From Parasitella parasitica NRRL 2501 (taxonomy: Eukaryota > Fungi > Mucoromycota): DNA of 57,082 nucleotides. Of the stretch, positions 42,795 through 54,346 are shown one piece after another. A program made the translations under genes and the position numbers. The DNA is taken from NCBI GenBank assembly GCA_025201805.1, contig MU619290.1:1-57082 (forward strand), in the 5' to 3' direction. Every line of letters begins with the position of its first letter. Positions within the stretch are counted from its first letter, which is position 1. The notes under the pieces are model-generated. The model did no database searches. It had not been told where the DNA came from and saw only the letters and a list, made by a program, of their open reading frames with translations.

Positions 42795-45380
42795 TATAGC
42801 AAATTAGTAAATCGTTTTGATTGATTAGACTACGGTAGATTGATTTGGGGTGTAAATTTGTGATTTATAAGGGACAAGCGCAGCTTTGACCGATTCGACG
42901 TCATAAATATCCTAAGATAAACAGCATATTTTTATTTTTTTATATAGATCATATATTGATAGAGACCCACAAAATAAAAATCAGACTTTCCACCCAATGA
43001 TTGTTGCTAATCACCCGTTCGAGTCTGCCATAACTCGTGTATTTCACTCTTTTTTGAAGAGAGAAAGCAGTTGTAAGAGCTTTGACCTGGCCAGTAAATT
43101 TGGGTGATTCCTCTTTTACACCTTACAACGACGGTATTCGTTACTCCCCCTATCATTGGCGATCTTGAGAGATAGTGAGCTAACAGGGATTCTTTTCGAA
43201 TGTATTAGCAACACTTTAGCTTTCTTTTACTGCATCGACAAGAGGATTTGCAGATATAATAAGTCACATAACAATCCTTTCCAAATGCCACTTGAAACTG
43301 CCCAAAACGCAAATTGGATCATTAGAAAAGCGTCAATTGGGATAAATTAAAGTACGAGCTAATTTTAAAAAGCAATTTTGCAATGGAGACACTGTAAAAG
43401 CATATCGTTTCGTTTCAAAAATATACTATACCGTGACAGATAGGCTCAATATTAACAGCTAATTATCTCTAAATGGAGAAGCAACTTGACCAAGATGAAA
43501 TTTTGTAGCAGTTGGTCAAAGTCGACATTATGACTTTTGGGGGGAATAGACAGTATGATTTTTCGAAAGCGACAATCATTTTTGCCTAAACTGACAGCCC
43601 GATTTCAGCAAAGTGACACACACTTCAAGTAAATGATAAAGATCATGGTAGTTGTGATAATAAATATTAGAGTTTCTGGTAACAAACCTTTTATTTCTGG
43701 TACAAAAAGTTTCTGAGAGAAGAGAGTATTTGCTTTGTTTGATCATAGTGAAAATGCAAATATAATGTGTTGTAAAATAAGCTATCTACATCATATACAG
43801 ATAAATTTTTATAAATGGGTGTGTTATGCTGATGGCAGATTGTTTCCTTTTCTCTGGCATTTTCTTATTCCTTCAGTTGATCTGGCGTCTTCTAGTGTAG
43901 AAGTAGAAGAACTTGCCAGACAAGTACCAAGCAGGGTTCTCTATATTCAGTTGCACAGTAGAACAGCTAGTTAAGCTTGTGCCGTCTTTTCCATAATATT
44001 GGAATGGTTCAAAAGTGTGTGTCTTTGCAAAACTAGCGTAGATTTTAGGCGCCTGATTTTTAGTCTGCGCAAACTTCAGTGTGTTATTGTCAGATTAAAG
44101 AGAGAAACACGTATCAAGTTGAAGAAGTAAATTAATGGTATATATAGACGAGTATTTACAGACTTGTGGACTACAGTCTATCAAGCAATGCATTATGCGT
44201 TGCAAAAAGTGGTTGTCTGCAAGAAAAAAATGTTAAGCAATCTCATACACAGAATCGAGTAATACAAAGTAATGCATTAGACTATAAGGCACCTTTGGAT
44301 TACATATTTGCGTAGCTTAGAGCAAGTTTTTGTACTTTTCAAGTTAACATCAGATGAAGGTAGCGATTTTTCAGACTTTTCTCGGAAAAGTATTTTTCAA
44401 AATCGGAGCGTGAGATCTTCAGGCCATGTGCAGACATGCAAGTACTACCATTAGAAAGCCAAAAAGTACAAAATTTAAATAAATAAAAATACAATTGTTT
44501 TTTTCTTTGAATTGGGCAAGCTATGGCTTTTCAAAGCTAATGCTTTCGTCAAAAAAACACTATTTTTTTCTTTGATAGCGGAGATTAAACGCGTCCAAAA
44601 TCAGGAAGTAAAAATTCTTTCAGAAACTCCATTTGTACAATTAGAAAACAAAATTACTTTTTTAAGGCAAAATATCATTCATTGATACTATGCATACCCC
44701 AACTGTCAGTCTATGATAATAGCTGTCCTTTTGGACGCTCTACACGATGGTATTATTTCATGATTCTCGTATGCTCATGGAAGGAATTATCTCGAGAAAA
44801 CCTCAAAACAGATCAAGAGGAAAAAGTCAATATTTTGCTTAATCAGAGCGCATTTCCAGTCTTTTAGATTAAGGGATGGTCTTTTACAATCATTTTCCTC
44901 CAATATATGCTATAGTAAAAAGTTGCATTTTTGGGTTAAAAATCGAGGATAATGCATAATCAATGATTTTGGATGTGTGAGTACAAGGAAAAAATTGAAA
45001 AAATCCGTCATTTTGCATCGAAAAAAAAATCATGCCCAAATTGCACCAAAATCATACATAATATAGTTTTTTCCCAAGAGATACTATTTCTGGTGTTTTC
45101 AGGGAACTTTTGATTATAAAATCGGTCAAAAGATGGCACACAAAACTAAAGTTCGTGCTTTTAAGCTGTAAAAAATATCTATCTGGAGATGATACCACGT
45201 CAATATCAGTTCTATTACATAACACAGCCCTTTAAAGTAAGTATTTTTAATGCTATTTGAATACCTTTCTTTATAGTAATATTATATAACAGGTGTAACT
45301 CATCGAGTTGGAAGCAGAAGAGACTAATTAATGAAGACAATGTTTTGCTGTACTGACTCCTTGTTATTTGTAAATAATTC

Positions 45381-46092
45381 AAACTTCTCGTAAGGATTTC
45401 TTGAGACCGTTAGAACAAAATAGGAAATGTTATAATGCTAGAGTCTTCTTGAAGTTTTATTTAATAGCGAATTCAAAGCTATATAAAGACAATGAAAAGC
45501 TTTACATATGCTATTAATCTTCTTTTTCGCTCGGTCAGTACCAGCTTCTTTTAGATTCATAATCTCCCTTACACTTCCATATACTTCACGCATTTGTCAC
45601 ATTTTCATGCCTGCCGTACAAAAACAATTACACAGACTGCAGCAACAGCTGGCTGCTCTTCTCTAAGAATAAATCAATGGTGCTTTACACATGCACTTAG
45701 CGGATGATACTGCCCACATTATGCCTCTTCATTCTTTTGGTGCGCTTCCTTCTTATGACTGGACTCCTTCTGAACAACTTATTACATTGATGCAACTGAA
45801 TGTCCCTTTGCATACATCCCAACCTCTTCAAAACAAGGAATTTGTAACGATTATGGACACTTAACCTCCCATGGCCCATTTTACCTACAAGGCTCCAGCG
45901 ACTATTCCCATGACTGAACGCTTAATGATTAAAAGGTCAACGATATGAAGATAAATCTCTTCAGCATTTTCAAATCTCTTATCGGCTGCCTTGCGCTCAT
46001 TAGATATTCTTACACATTCTTTTACTCTGGATTAGCATAATAACATTTCCTATTTTGTTCTGACGGTCTCAAGAAATTCTTACGAGAAGTTT
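45381..46092. mobile_element. MITE-like / deleted DNA transposon with ~60-bp TIRs
   Basis: 45381-45440 vs 46033-46092 are inverted copies (AAACTTCTCGTAAG.ATTTCTTGAGACCG..., about 3 mismatches); decayed internal coding fragment. Confidence 0.8.
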
Positions 46093-47720
46093 CTTTCGAC
46101 CTAGAATCGTTCAAAAGATTAAGGATCTATGGAGCCAGTATCAAGAAGTAGACTGCGACCCCTCAATTTTACTTTCCCAGCCACACATCTTTTTCAAATG
46201 GCTTCATTTCCTGCAGGAAGAAGTTGAAAAAAAGTACATATAACTGAGGGAATTGCCGAAACCATTGCTTCCAAAGCATACGTTCATCGAAAAGTTAAAA
46301 AAGCTACAGTTTGCGGCATCGTTGAATAGACAAAAATTTGAAGCGGTTTTTAGTTCGATTAACAGTAATGAGCCTCTCATTTTTGGAAAAAAAGCTTCAA
46401 AGTATTCAAGAACACAAACCAATGGTGTCAACTTTCGTAAGCACTGTGAAATCAAGGATAAAGGATAAAACATTTTGCCCCACAAAATACACCGATAAAC
46501 GTGAGTGTCGCCTTTTCTCTCTGTTACCATTGTATTCAACGCAAAGAAAATCAATTCAGATTGACGCACAATCTTTCTGGAGACTGGTCAGGATTTCAAC
46601 TGTTGATGGTTATACTACTACAGGAACTAAAAATGAAGAGTAACTGTCTGCGTTTTATTACAAACTTTTTGATTTTTCTAAAATTGGATTTAAAATCAGA
46701 GATAAGCTCTACAATGGAAAGAAGATCTTTGAGTAAGTTCATATAGTTTTAATTTAGTAATGCCTTAGAACTTATCAAGTTATATTAGGAATTTTATCTA
46801 CACGGATGATTATTCAGTTTCTTTTCTTTTCTCGACTTACAGCAAAAAGAAGAAAGAATCTCTTCCCGTAAAGCCATCTGACCTGAAAAAAGATATTGAC
46901 AAAGGGTACCAAGTGTGGGCGGCAGACCCTGGAATTAGCACGGTTTTTACTATAGTTGACCAAGCTGGTAGTGTGAGATCACCTAGTCAAAAGGAGTATT
47001 ATCACTTGTGTGGGTTTAATGATGCCGCTCACATTTGAAAGATTCATCAAGCGAAGCACATAGACACTCATAGAATGATAACAGAACTGGATTCATTAAA
47101 ACCGGAGAAGTTTCAAAATCCTTGATTGCTGGCAGAAAGCGTATACAATCCTACGATACAATGTATGAATATTATAACAGAGGCCTTTGGTAAGTGTAGC
47201 AAACTCTTGTATATATTTTAAAAATGTGTTAACCAAATGGAATAGGTCTTCAAAATTAAAGTTTAGATGTCATAGAAAGAAGCAAAAAGCCTTCAGCGAA
47301 ATAGTCAAGATGTTTACTCATGATAGCATCAAATATTGAACGGGTGCGTCCACCATTGTGAAGACAACAACGAGAAACAACAGTTCTTACTCCCGCCCTC
47401 CACCACTGGATGGATCATTTAAGGCAAATAAAACCATCATTGCCTATGGAGATGGAAGATTTTTACCTACTATGAGAGGCAAAAGACCTGGACCTACAAA
47501 GACTATCATAAAAGCTCTTCAAAAATGTAAAGAAAATCGTGGTGTTACAGTCCAAATGGTAGACGAATACCTCACCAGTCATGTCTGCAACAACTGCAAA
47601 AAAGAATGGCTGCAAAAAACATCCTCAAAATATTTTTACATGCAAGAAACAATGACGCTCGTCTTTCACCACTCCAGCGTTCTGAATCAAAAGATAATTG
47701 CAAGCATTGTGTGTCATTAA
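46093..47720 (+). pseudogene. Fanzor1 (eukaryotic TnpB-like RuvC nuclease) pseudogene
   Basis: PLYSTQRKSIQID, YTDDYSVSF, RuvC-I VWAADPG (D at 46925), KEYYHLCG, IAYGDG...RG, RuvC-II VDEYLTS + CNNC, then frameshifted MAAKNI; in-frame stops; RuvC-III NRD and second CxxC deleted. Confidence 0.88.
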
Positions 47721-47870
47721 TATTACTCTTTGATACGCCGTGGGTATTCGGTTTATCCTATACACCATTACAGGCGAGTAAAAAAAAAAAAAAAAAAGAA
47801 AGTATCATCCTCTCACCAATTTTTTTTGGAAATTTTGTAAAATTAGCATCTCCGTTGGAGATGCTCTTAG
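47721..47870 (+). ncRNA. Candidate Fanzor omegaRNA scaffold / element right end
   Basis: Directly 3' of Fanzor: CGCC-GTGG-GTAT...ATAC-ACCA...GGCG stem and a perfect 9-bp hairpin AGCATCTCC-GTT-GGAGATGCT (47845-47865). Confidence 0.4.
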
Positions 47871-48731
47871 CAGTGATGTTTACATTTTTGATCCCCAAAA
47901 ATTTCGACAAACAATTTAAAAAAAATATATTGTATATGTATATTTTTAGTATAATCCTGCTACATTTAGATAATTTATTCCCGAATTATGGAATGGCATT
48001 CTTGTTGTTCCAAAGGAAATGTTTCGTTGATCGCCCAACATTTTATATTACCAAGCAAATCAGGTCACTGCTATTTTCTGTTGGCTTAAATCGTTTGATG
48101 CCCTTTTTGTGGTTCATCTGTATTTCCATTTTGAACAACAATGTTCAACGAATAGATTCCATGAATTCTCGAGAACATGCAAAATACAGCAACTTGATTG
48201 GTTGATGGAAAAACAAAACTTTAACTGAGCAAACCGAGATTTGTTTACAAAACTCGGGCAGATTTTTATTGCACAACCCTAGATCATCCATCAGAATAAA
48301 TAGAGTTGATGCATAAATATAGACTTTGCGTAGGCAGGCATATTTTTTAAAGAAAAAGAATAGCTAGGAGTAATAATCTTACTGTCCAATTAAATGAGAC
48401 TGTCAACTCCACGTTTGAATGTTGTAAAAGGACACATGTAGTGAAAGTATCCAATGCTTTTGTGAACAGGAAAGCATCTCCGAAAAAATATGAATTATCA
48501 AGCATTGGAGTCCACGCGAGGCTGATACATTGTTCTTATTGGCTTAAATGGTGTTGGAAACGTTGGAACCATCATGAAAGATACAATGAATACCAATGAA
48601 TTAGGCTCACACGACCTCACTTGACATTACTCCCAACATTTATATAAAAAGAGTTGGTTGTTCATTATTTTTTTCTTTCCAATTTCAATCAAACCAAACA
48701 AGCAGATCCAAATTATTCTTTAACCCTAATA

Positions 48732-50415
48732 ATGGCTGATAATATTGTTTCTCAACACGAACAAGAGCGCATGGCTGCCGCTGAACAAAAGCTCCAATCT
48801 CTAGAAAAGTTGGATGATGTTGGCGCATCTGCTGGTGGGTGGAACTGGGTATGTTTGTGTAGGCAAAATATCAAAACAACTCATACTAATAAATGCACTC
48901 AAACAGTTCACTGCACGTACAATTCTCACATCTGGTGCTGGTTTCTTTACTGATTCTTATGATGTCTTCATCATCAATTTAGTCACTCCTATGCTTGGTT
49001 TCGTATACTACGCCCACAATAACAACAAGATTCCTTCTGATATCGAAGGTGTACTGAAAGGTATGTCTTCTGTTGGTACATTTATTGGCCAGCTCTTGTT
49101 TGGTTTCTTGGGTGACATCTTGGGTCGTAAAATCTATGGCTTTGAATTGTTGATCATCATTATTGGCACTATCAATTGCGCAACTGCTTCTTCTGCCATT
49201 CGTGGTGTTAGTGCTATTGGATTCCTCGGTCTATGGCGTTTAATATTGGGTATCGGTATTGGTGGTGATTATCCTATGTCGGCAACAATTACTTCCGAAT
49301 GGTCTTCTACTGGTAAACGTGGTATGATGATGGCTTTAATCTTCTCAATGCAAGGTATCGGTAATTTGGCTGCTGCTATCGTTACATTGATTCTGTTGGC
49401 TATTTTCAAAAATGCCATTATTGCTGATGTGATGAACTTGGATTATGTCTGGCGTCTCTGTATCGGCCTTGGTGCGGTTCCTGCAGTTGCAACTATCTAC
49501 TTGCGTTTCACCATGCCTGAATCTCCCCGCTACTCTCTTAATGTTGACCATGATGTCGAAGCTGCTGCCGTTGCCAAGGGTCAATCTGTCAGTACTGAAC
49601 TCGCCAAACAATATACCAAGGTTGAAGAAAAGCGCGATCATTGGGCTGAATTCAGAGCTTACTTTGGTCAATGGAAGAACTTGAAGGTCTTGATTGGTAC
49701 AGCTTCCTCTTGGTTCTTGCTTGATGTTGCTTTCTATGGCCTTGGTCTCAATAACTCTGCAATTTTGGCTGCTATTGGTTACGCTAATAAGCCTACTCCT
49801 TTTGAGACTCTTTGGGCTAATACTGTAGGCCAGATCATCATTACTTGTCTTGGTTCTGTTCCTGGTTACTACATAACTGTCTTTACCATCGAGCGCTTGG
49901 GACGTCGTACAATTCAATTGATGGGCTTTGCTGTAACTACTGTTCTTTTTGCCATTCTTGCTGGTTGCTATCACATCTTGATTGAAAAATCTATGCCTGC
50001 TTTCATTTTCCTTTTTACCTTAGCTCAACTGTTCCAAAACTTTGGTGCCAACTCTACTACCTTTATCATTCCTGGTGAAGTTTTCCCTACAAAGGTTCGT
50101 GCTTCTGCTCACGGCATTTCTGCTGCATCTGGCAAGGCCGGTGCTATCCTTGCTTCTTTTGCCTTCAATGCTCTTGTTGATATCGGCGGTCCTCAAGGTG
50201 CCCACGCTTTCTTGCCTGAAGTTCTTGCCATCTTTTCTGGTGTTATGTTCTTGGGTTTCATTGTTACCTGGCTTTGGGTTCCCGAGTCCAAGGGTAAGGA
50301 CCTCGACGAATTTGAGGAAGACTATGTCAGCCGACATGAAATCCAACTCTCCAACTCTGCTGAAGATAGCATAGCCAACGAATCTGTTTTTCCCGGACAA
50401 GAGTTGAAGGCATAA
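48732..50415 (+). CDS. PHO84: High-affinity inorganic phosphate:H+ symporter (MFS, Pho84)
   Basis: GAGFFTDSYD, GIGIGGDYPMSA, WFLLDVAFYG, NFGANSTTF, GEVFPT..RASAHGISAASGK; one intron ~48849-48906. Confidence 0.96.
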
Positions 50416-51739
50416 ACTGTCTCCAAAAAATCAAATTATTACAACATAGAATGAATTGTACATTATATTACCTTCTCTTTTCTCTTTCTTTATTCTCGTG
50501 TAAATAGCATATCCTTCATTAAATAAATATAAAAAACGCTGAATATTAAAAATATTTGATTGTTTCCACCTTAATTTCTTCAGCGAATGATTCATCTCGT
50601 CAAAGTTGGCTTATTTGTGTCACTTTGCCTCTACGCATTATAATCAAATTTACATATAATGCTTTTATTCTTTTGATCTGATGTGAGCACGTTGATGTTC
50701 AAGGTAAATTATTTGATACATGGAGAAATTATTATAATATATAGATATATAGCTTATTCACGTGGGATGACTTATCAAGAACTCTTTAGAATAATCGCTT
50801 AAATAAAAACTTACGAGTTAAAGTAGTTTATGGTCGAAATATGCAAAAAATGGCTGCTTAGTAGATCGTGTAAAACAATCTCACAACCCAGAATTGTCGA
50901 AGAGAGTATGTAATTTATTACTCACTGTTTTGCGATTCTGTGATTCTCATAAAAGAGATCCAAAAAAGTTATCGATGCATGCCGTTCATGGGGAGAGAGG
51001 GGGCCACAGTAGAAGACTCATTTGTTGTATCAATAGGATACAAAGATTACCATCGTTATTTCAACTCATGGATCGGATCTAACGTTAAATATATAAATGT
51101 CACCACTGGCTATTCCATAATAGATAAAGTGATTATAGAAAGATTGTTGGATCAAAAAAGATAATAAAAACCAAAGGTTAACGAAATACGAAAACTTAAA
51201 GATACTTTATTTAAGGTCGAAATTGCATCTGCTATTTATACTTTTTACAACTACATAAATTTATGGTGACTTATTAAGGTTGCTAATTGACAATGTGGAA
51301 TCGGTATAAATTGTTATATGGATTCACGGGAAAAAATTATTATAAAAAACAATAAATGTCAACTTGTTAAAGGTATAGGTTTTATTATCAAAACGACAGA
51401 TGTATAAAGCTCCACTTCATCTACTGGCCACGTAGATGAACCTTTATATACTTAAGCTATGGATAAATGTTTTACTCTCGCAATTTAACATGTACGACAA
51501 TACTGCGTAGCTAGCATCTTAACTTTGTGTTAACCAACATATCAGCAGACTCAAGATAACTTATATCTATTTGAGTGAGGATATAGACTTTACTCGAGGT
51601 ACCCTGATTAATCTTCTATACGAAGATTGTTAATATCGATCCATAAGCGTATATCATTTCTTGTATAGTCTTATCCAGTCTATATTAATAGTACGTGTCT
51701 GAGTGTATATCACTTGGTATTCATTTTAGCATATATCGA

Positions 51740-52080
51740 TATATGTAGAATGTCTATAGCATGTCATGAGCATGTCTATAGCATTGCACATATTGTACGA
51801 GTCTGTAGTACATAATGTATCTGTAGCTAGTGTCATGGATATAAATAAATGTCTTGTAGTGCGTATCTAGAAACTGGGAATAAGCACCTGAAGCATAGAT
51901 CTTATATAGCATAAGCTCGTAGCATATATTAAATCTAGTAAATGTCTAAGGCTCGTGTCGAGGTATAAGTATAAGTCTATAGCGTCATCCATTCTAATGG
52001 TGCCATCTATAGCTTATATCTTATATCTTATAAATTTCTATTGCACATCTTATTATCTGTGCGCATATGTAGTCTATATC
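51740..52080. repeat. Degenerate minisatellite of TCT(A/G)TAG(C)AT-like motifs
   Basis: Recurring GTCTATAGCAT / TCTGTAG / TCTATAGC words. Confidence 0.55.
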
Positions 52081-52639
52081 AATTTAAGGGAACTGGATGA
52101 ATCTAAAAGTGGAATGCAGATCAAATAGTGAATGTATTTCGCAGACAAGACTAATTTACAATGATAATCTACTTGACAGGGTACGATGTAAAGTTATATA
52201 ACAAGGGCTACACGTCTCTGATCTGATAATGTCTTAACCTTTATCCTGGTGCTCAGATCTGTGTTAATTACAGGAATAACCTTCTTGATTCGAAACAGAT
52301 CCTTTATTTTCCAGTTTACGCAAGCGTATCACATCACATCATTGGAGAATCTTCAATTTTCAGTTGAAGTACACTGCCATGATTTCCTGTCTATAATCAT
52401 GGCAAATCAAAGACTTGCATTAGAAACTATCTACTTGAGTCCTACTCACTTTAACTTACGATGCTAAATTTATTGATGAGTGATTCACATTCAAATTGAC
52501 AATTAGCTGATTAAAATAGACATGTCCTGCTCTGACTGCTACTTTGTTAAAATCTCGTTTGACAATTTACTGCCAAACAAGAACTTTTGTGTTCACAGAT
52601 GGATTTACTATGTTAACTAATTTACTATAGCTGGGGCAC

Positions 52640-53206
52640 CACATCATGACTTATATTTGGATTCTGGACATACACGCCCTGGATTGTCGATGGATCAGAA
52701 ATATCTGAAAGAAGGATATGTTGGCGACTCCACAGTCGACAACAACCTGGTCGTAAAATGGATCACTTGCTTGAAACTAGACACAGTAATGAAGACATTG
52801 GTTGTGGCGAGTGTGCTTTGGCTGGTGCTATCAGCGGGAAAGCAGCCAATGTCAAGTTCTAGTTTAGTCATGACATCCAATTAGCCAACGCAATCTGTAT
52901 CAGCCATGACACAACGAAGAGGTAAATCTGCAGTTACGACTAGTGAATCTTCCAGATTATTTGGGTTTATATGAAATGTCGAAACAGTTAATTCCAAAGC
53001 AAATATCAGTTTCGGGTCAATTTGAACAAGCAGCAGCAATCACATCAGGGTTTGTCAGTAGAGATGTAGAGGGATCATCAATGACTATAGGTGAGGATAC
53101 AGATACAGTGGAGGCTCCAGGCTTGTTGATGCGTTCTCGCTACCCAATCAACAAGTACGATCATGCCAGAGCAGTTTTGAGTCAACTTCAATACAAAGCA
53201 AAATAA
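52640..53206 (+). pseudogene. Decayed PD-(D/E)xK nuclease-like gene #4
   Basis: A frame not in the ORF track reads SERR...PGRKMDHLL...EDIGCGECA...KF*; disrupted by stops and frameshifts. Confidence 0.5.
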
Positions 53207-53306
53207 AATATAGTATATTCGTTTTTATTATTAAGGACAATTGCTGTTCATTGATATTATTGCTAAGCTTGTGCACTCTTCTTGGATTACCAGCTGCCTT
53301 TAGTGC

Positions 53307-54152
53307 AAAACACCGATGCTCAGGCCTAAGGCCAAGAGAACACACATTCCCTTGGTCTCTGCGAGAGAACCCGACCGCTGAATCGCCAAACAAGAATCAC
53401 CTTGTCGGTCTAACTCGATGAGTTACATCAGTCCACCTTTACAAGAAAGGTACTACTTGATAAGCAGAACAGGGCTGGCGTCTTGGACCGCAGACATGTA
53501 GAATGAAGAAATCAAGAGAATACATTAAACAAAGTAAAATAAGGGTTAGGGCATCACTATATTGATAATTTCCTATACTTGGCTGGAATCGCACATACCT
53601 TATCTTGATTTGATTCATCATATAAACTTTCTGCAGAATCAAAACACCAATGCTCAGGCCTAAGGCCAAGAGAACACACATTCCCTTGGTCTCTGCGAGA
53701 GAACCCGACCGCTGAATCGCCAAACAAGAATCACCTTGTCGGTCTAACTCGATGAGTTACATCAGTCCACCTTTACAAGAAAGGTACTACTTGATAAGCA
53801 GAACAGGGCTGGCGTCTTGGACCGCAGACATGTAGAATGAAGAAATCAAGAGAATACATTAAACAAAGTAAAATAAGGGTTAGGGCATCACTATATTGAT
53901 AATTTCCTATACTTGGCTGGAATCGCACATACCTTATCTTGATTTGATTCATCATATAAACTTTCTGCAGAATCAAAACACCAATGCTCAGGCCTAAGGC
54001 CAAGAGAACACACATTCCCTTGGTCTCTGCGAGAGAACCCGACCGCTGAATCGCCAAACAAGAATCACCTTGTCGGTCTAACTCGATGAGTTACATCAGT
54101 CCACCTTTACAAGAAAGGTACTACTTGATAAGCAGAACAGGGCTGGCGTCTT
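53307..54152. repeat. Tandem array, period 334 bp: three 178-bp hairpin-rich modules (53307-53484, 53641-53818, 53975-54152) and two 156-bp spacers
   Basis: AAAACACC(G/A)ATGCTCAGGCC...GGCTGGCGTCTT occurs three times; the two spacers appear identical. Confidence 0.97.
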
Positions 54153-54346
54153 AAAACGCAGAGAGTATGAGATGAGGAAAGAGAAAGAAAAAGAGAGGAC
54201 ATTATTAAAATGATTTAGCCGTTAGTGCACAGTCCCAGGTCCAGAATGAGGTCATCATTGGATGCCCAATAGCTCGCGTAGTTGATAAAAATTTCACGCG
54301 CAAATAATGGTGCCACCAAACCTTTCTTTGCTTTTTTTTATCAGCA

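Larger units (their letters stand above)
40152..43606. mobile_element. Non-autonomous element bounded by ~275-bp inverted repeats, carrying nuclease-like gene #2
   Basis: 40152-40427 is the near-perfect reverse complement of 43330-43606; internal TA|CAGTG (40363) and CACTG|TA (43394) look like Tc1/mariner ends. Confidence 0.85.

Noticed and set aside
47606-48205. 199-aa ORF
   Set aside because: Only the first residues (MAAKNI) are the Fanzor tail; the rest is read-through of AT-rich non-coding DNA
48410-48415. CACGTT Pho4-like site upstream of PHO84
   Set aside because: A single hexamer is expected by chance, and Pho4-type regulation is not established here
49345-50400. Long antisense ORFs over PHO84 (and similarly over the kinase and the 5.2-6.5-kb gene)
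   Set aside because: Antisense shadows caused by codon bias
53439-54057. Two identical 94-aa minus-strand ORFs
   Set aside because: By-product of the 334-bp repeat; non-ATG start and no recognisable domain
53307-54152. Hammerhead or hairpin ribozyme (retrozyme), or a true CRISPR array
   Set aside because: No CUGANGA/GAAA core; CCAAGAGAACACAC only superficially recalls the hairpin ribozyme and lacks the GUAUAUUAC strand; units are far longer than CRISPR repeats, spacers are identical and there are no cas genes
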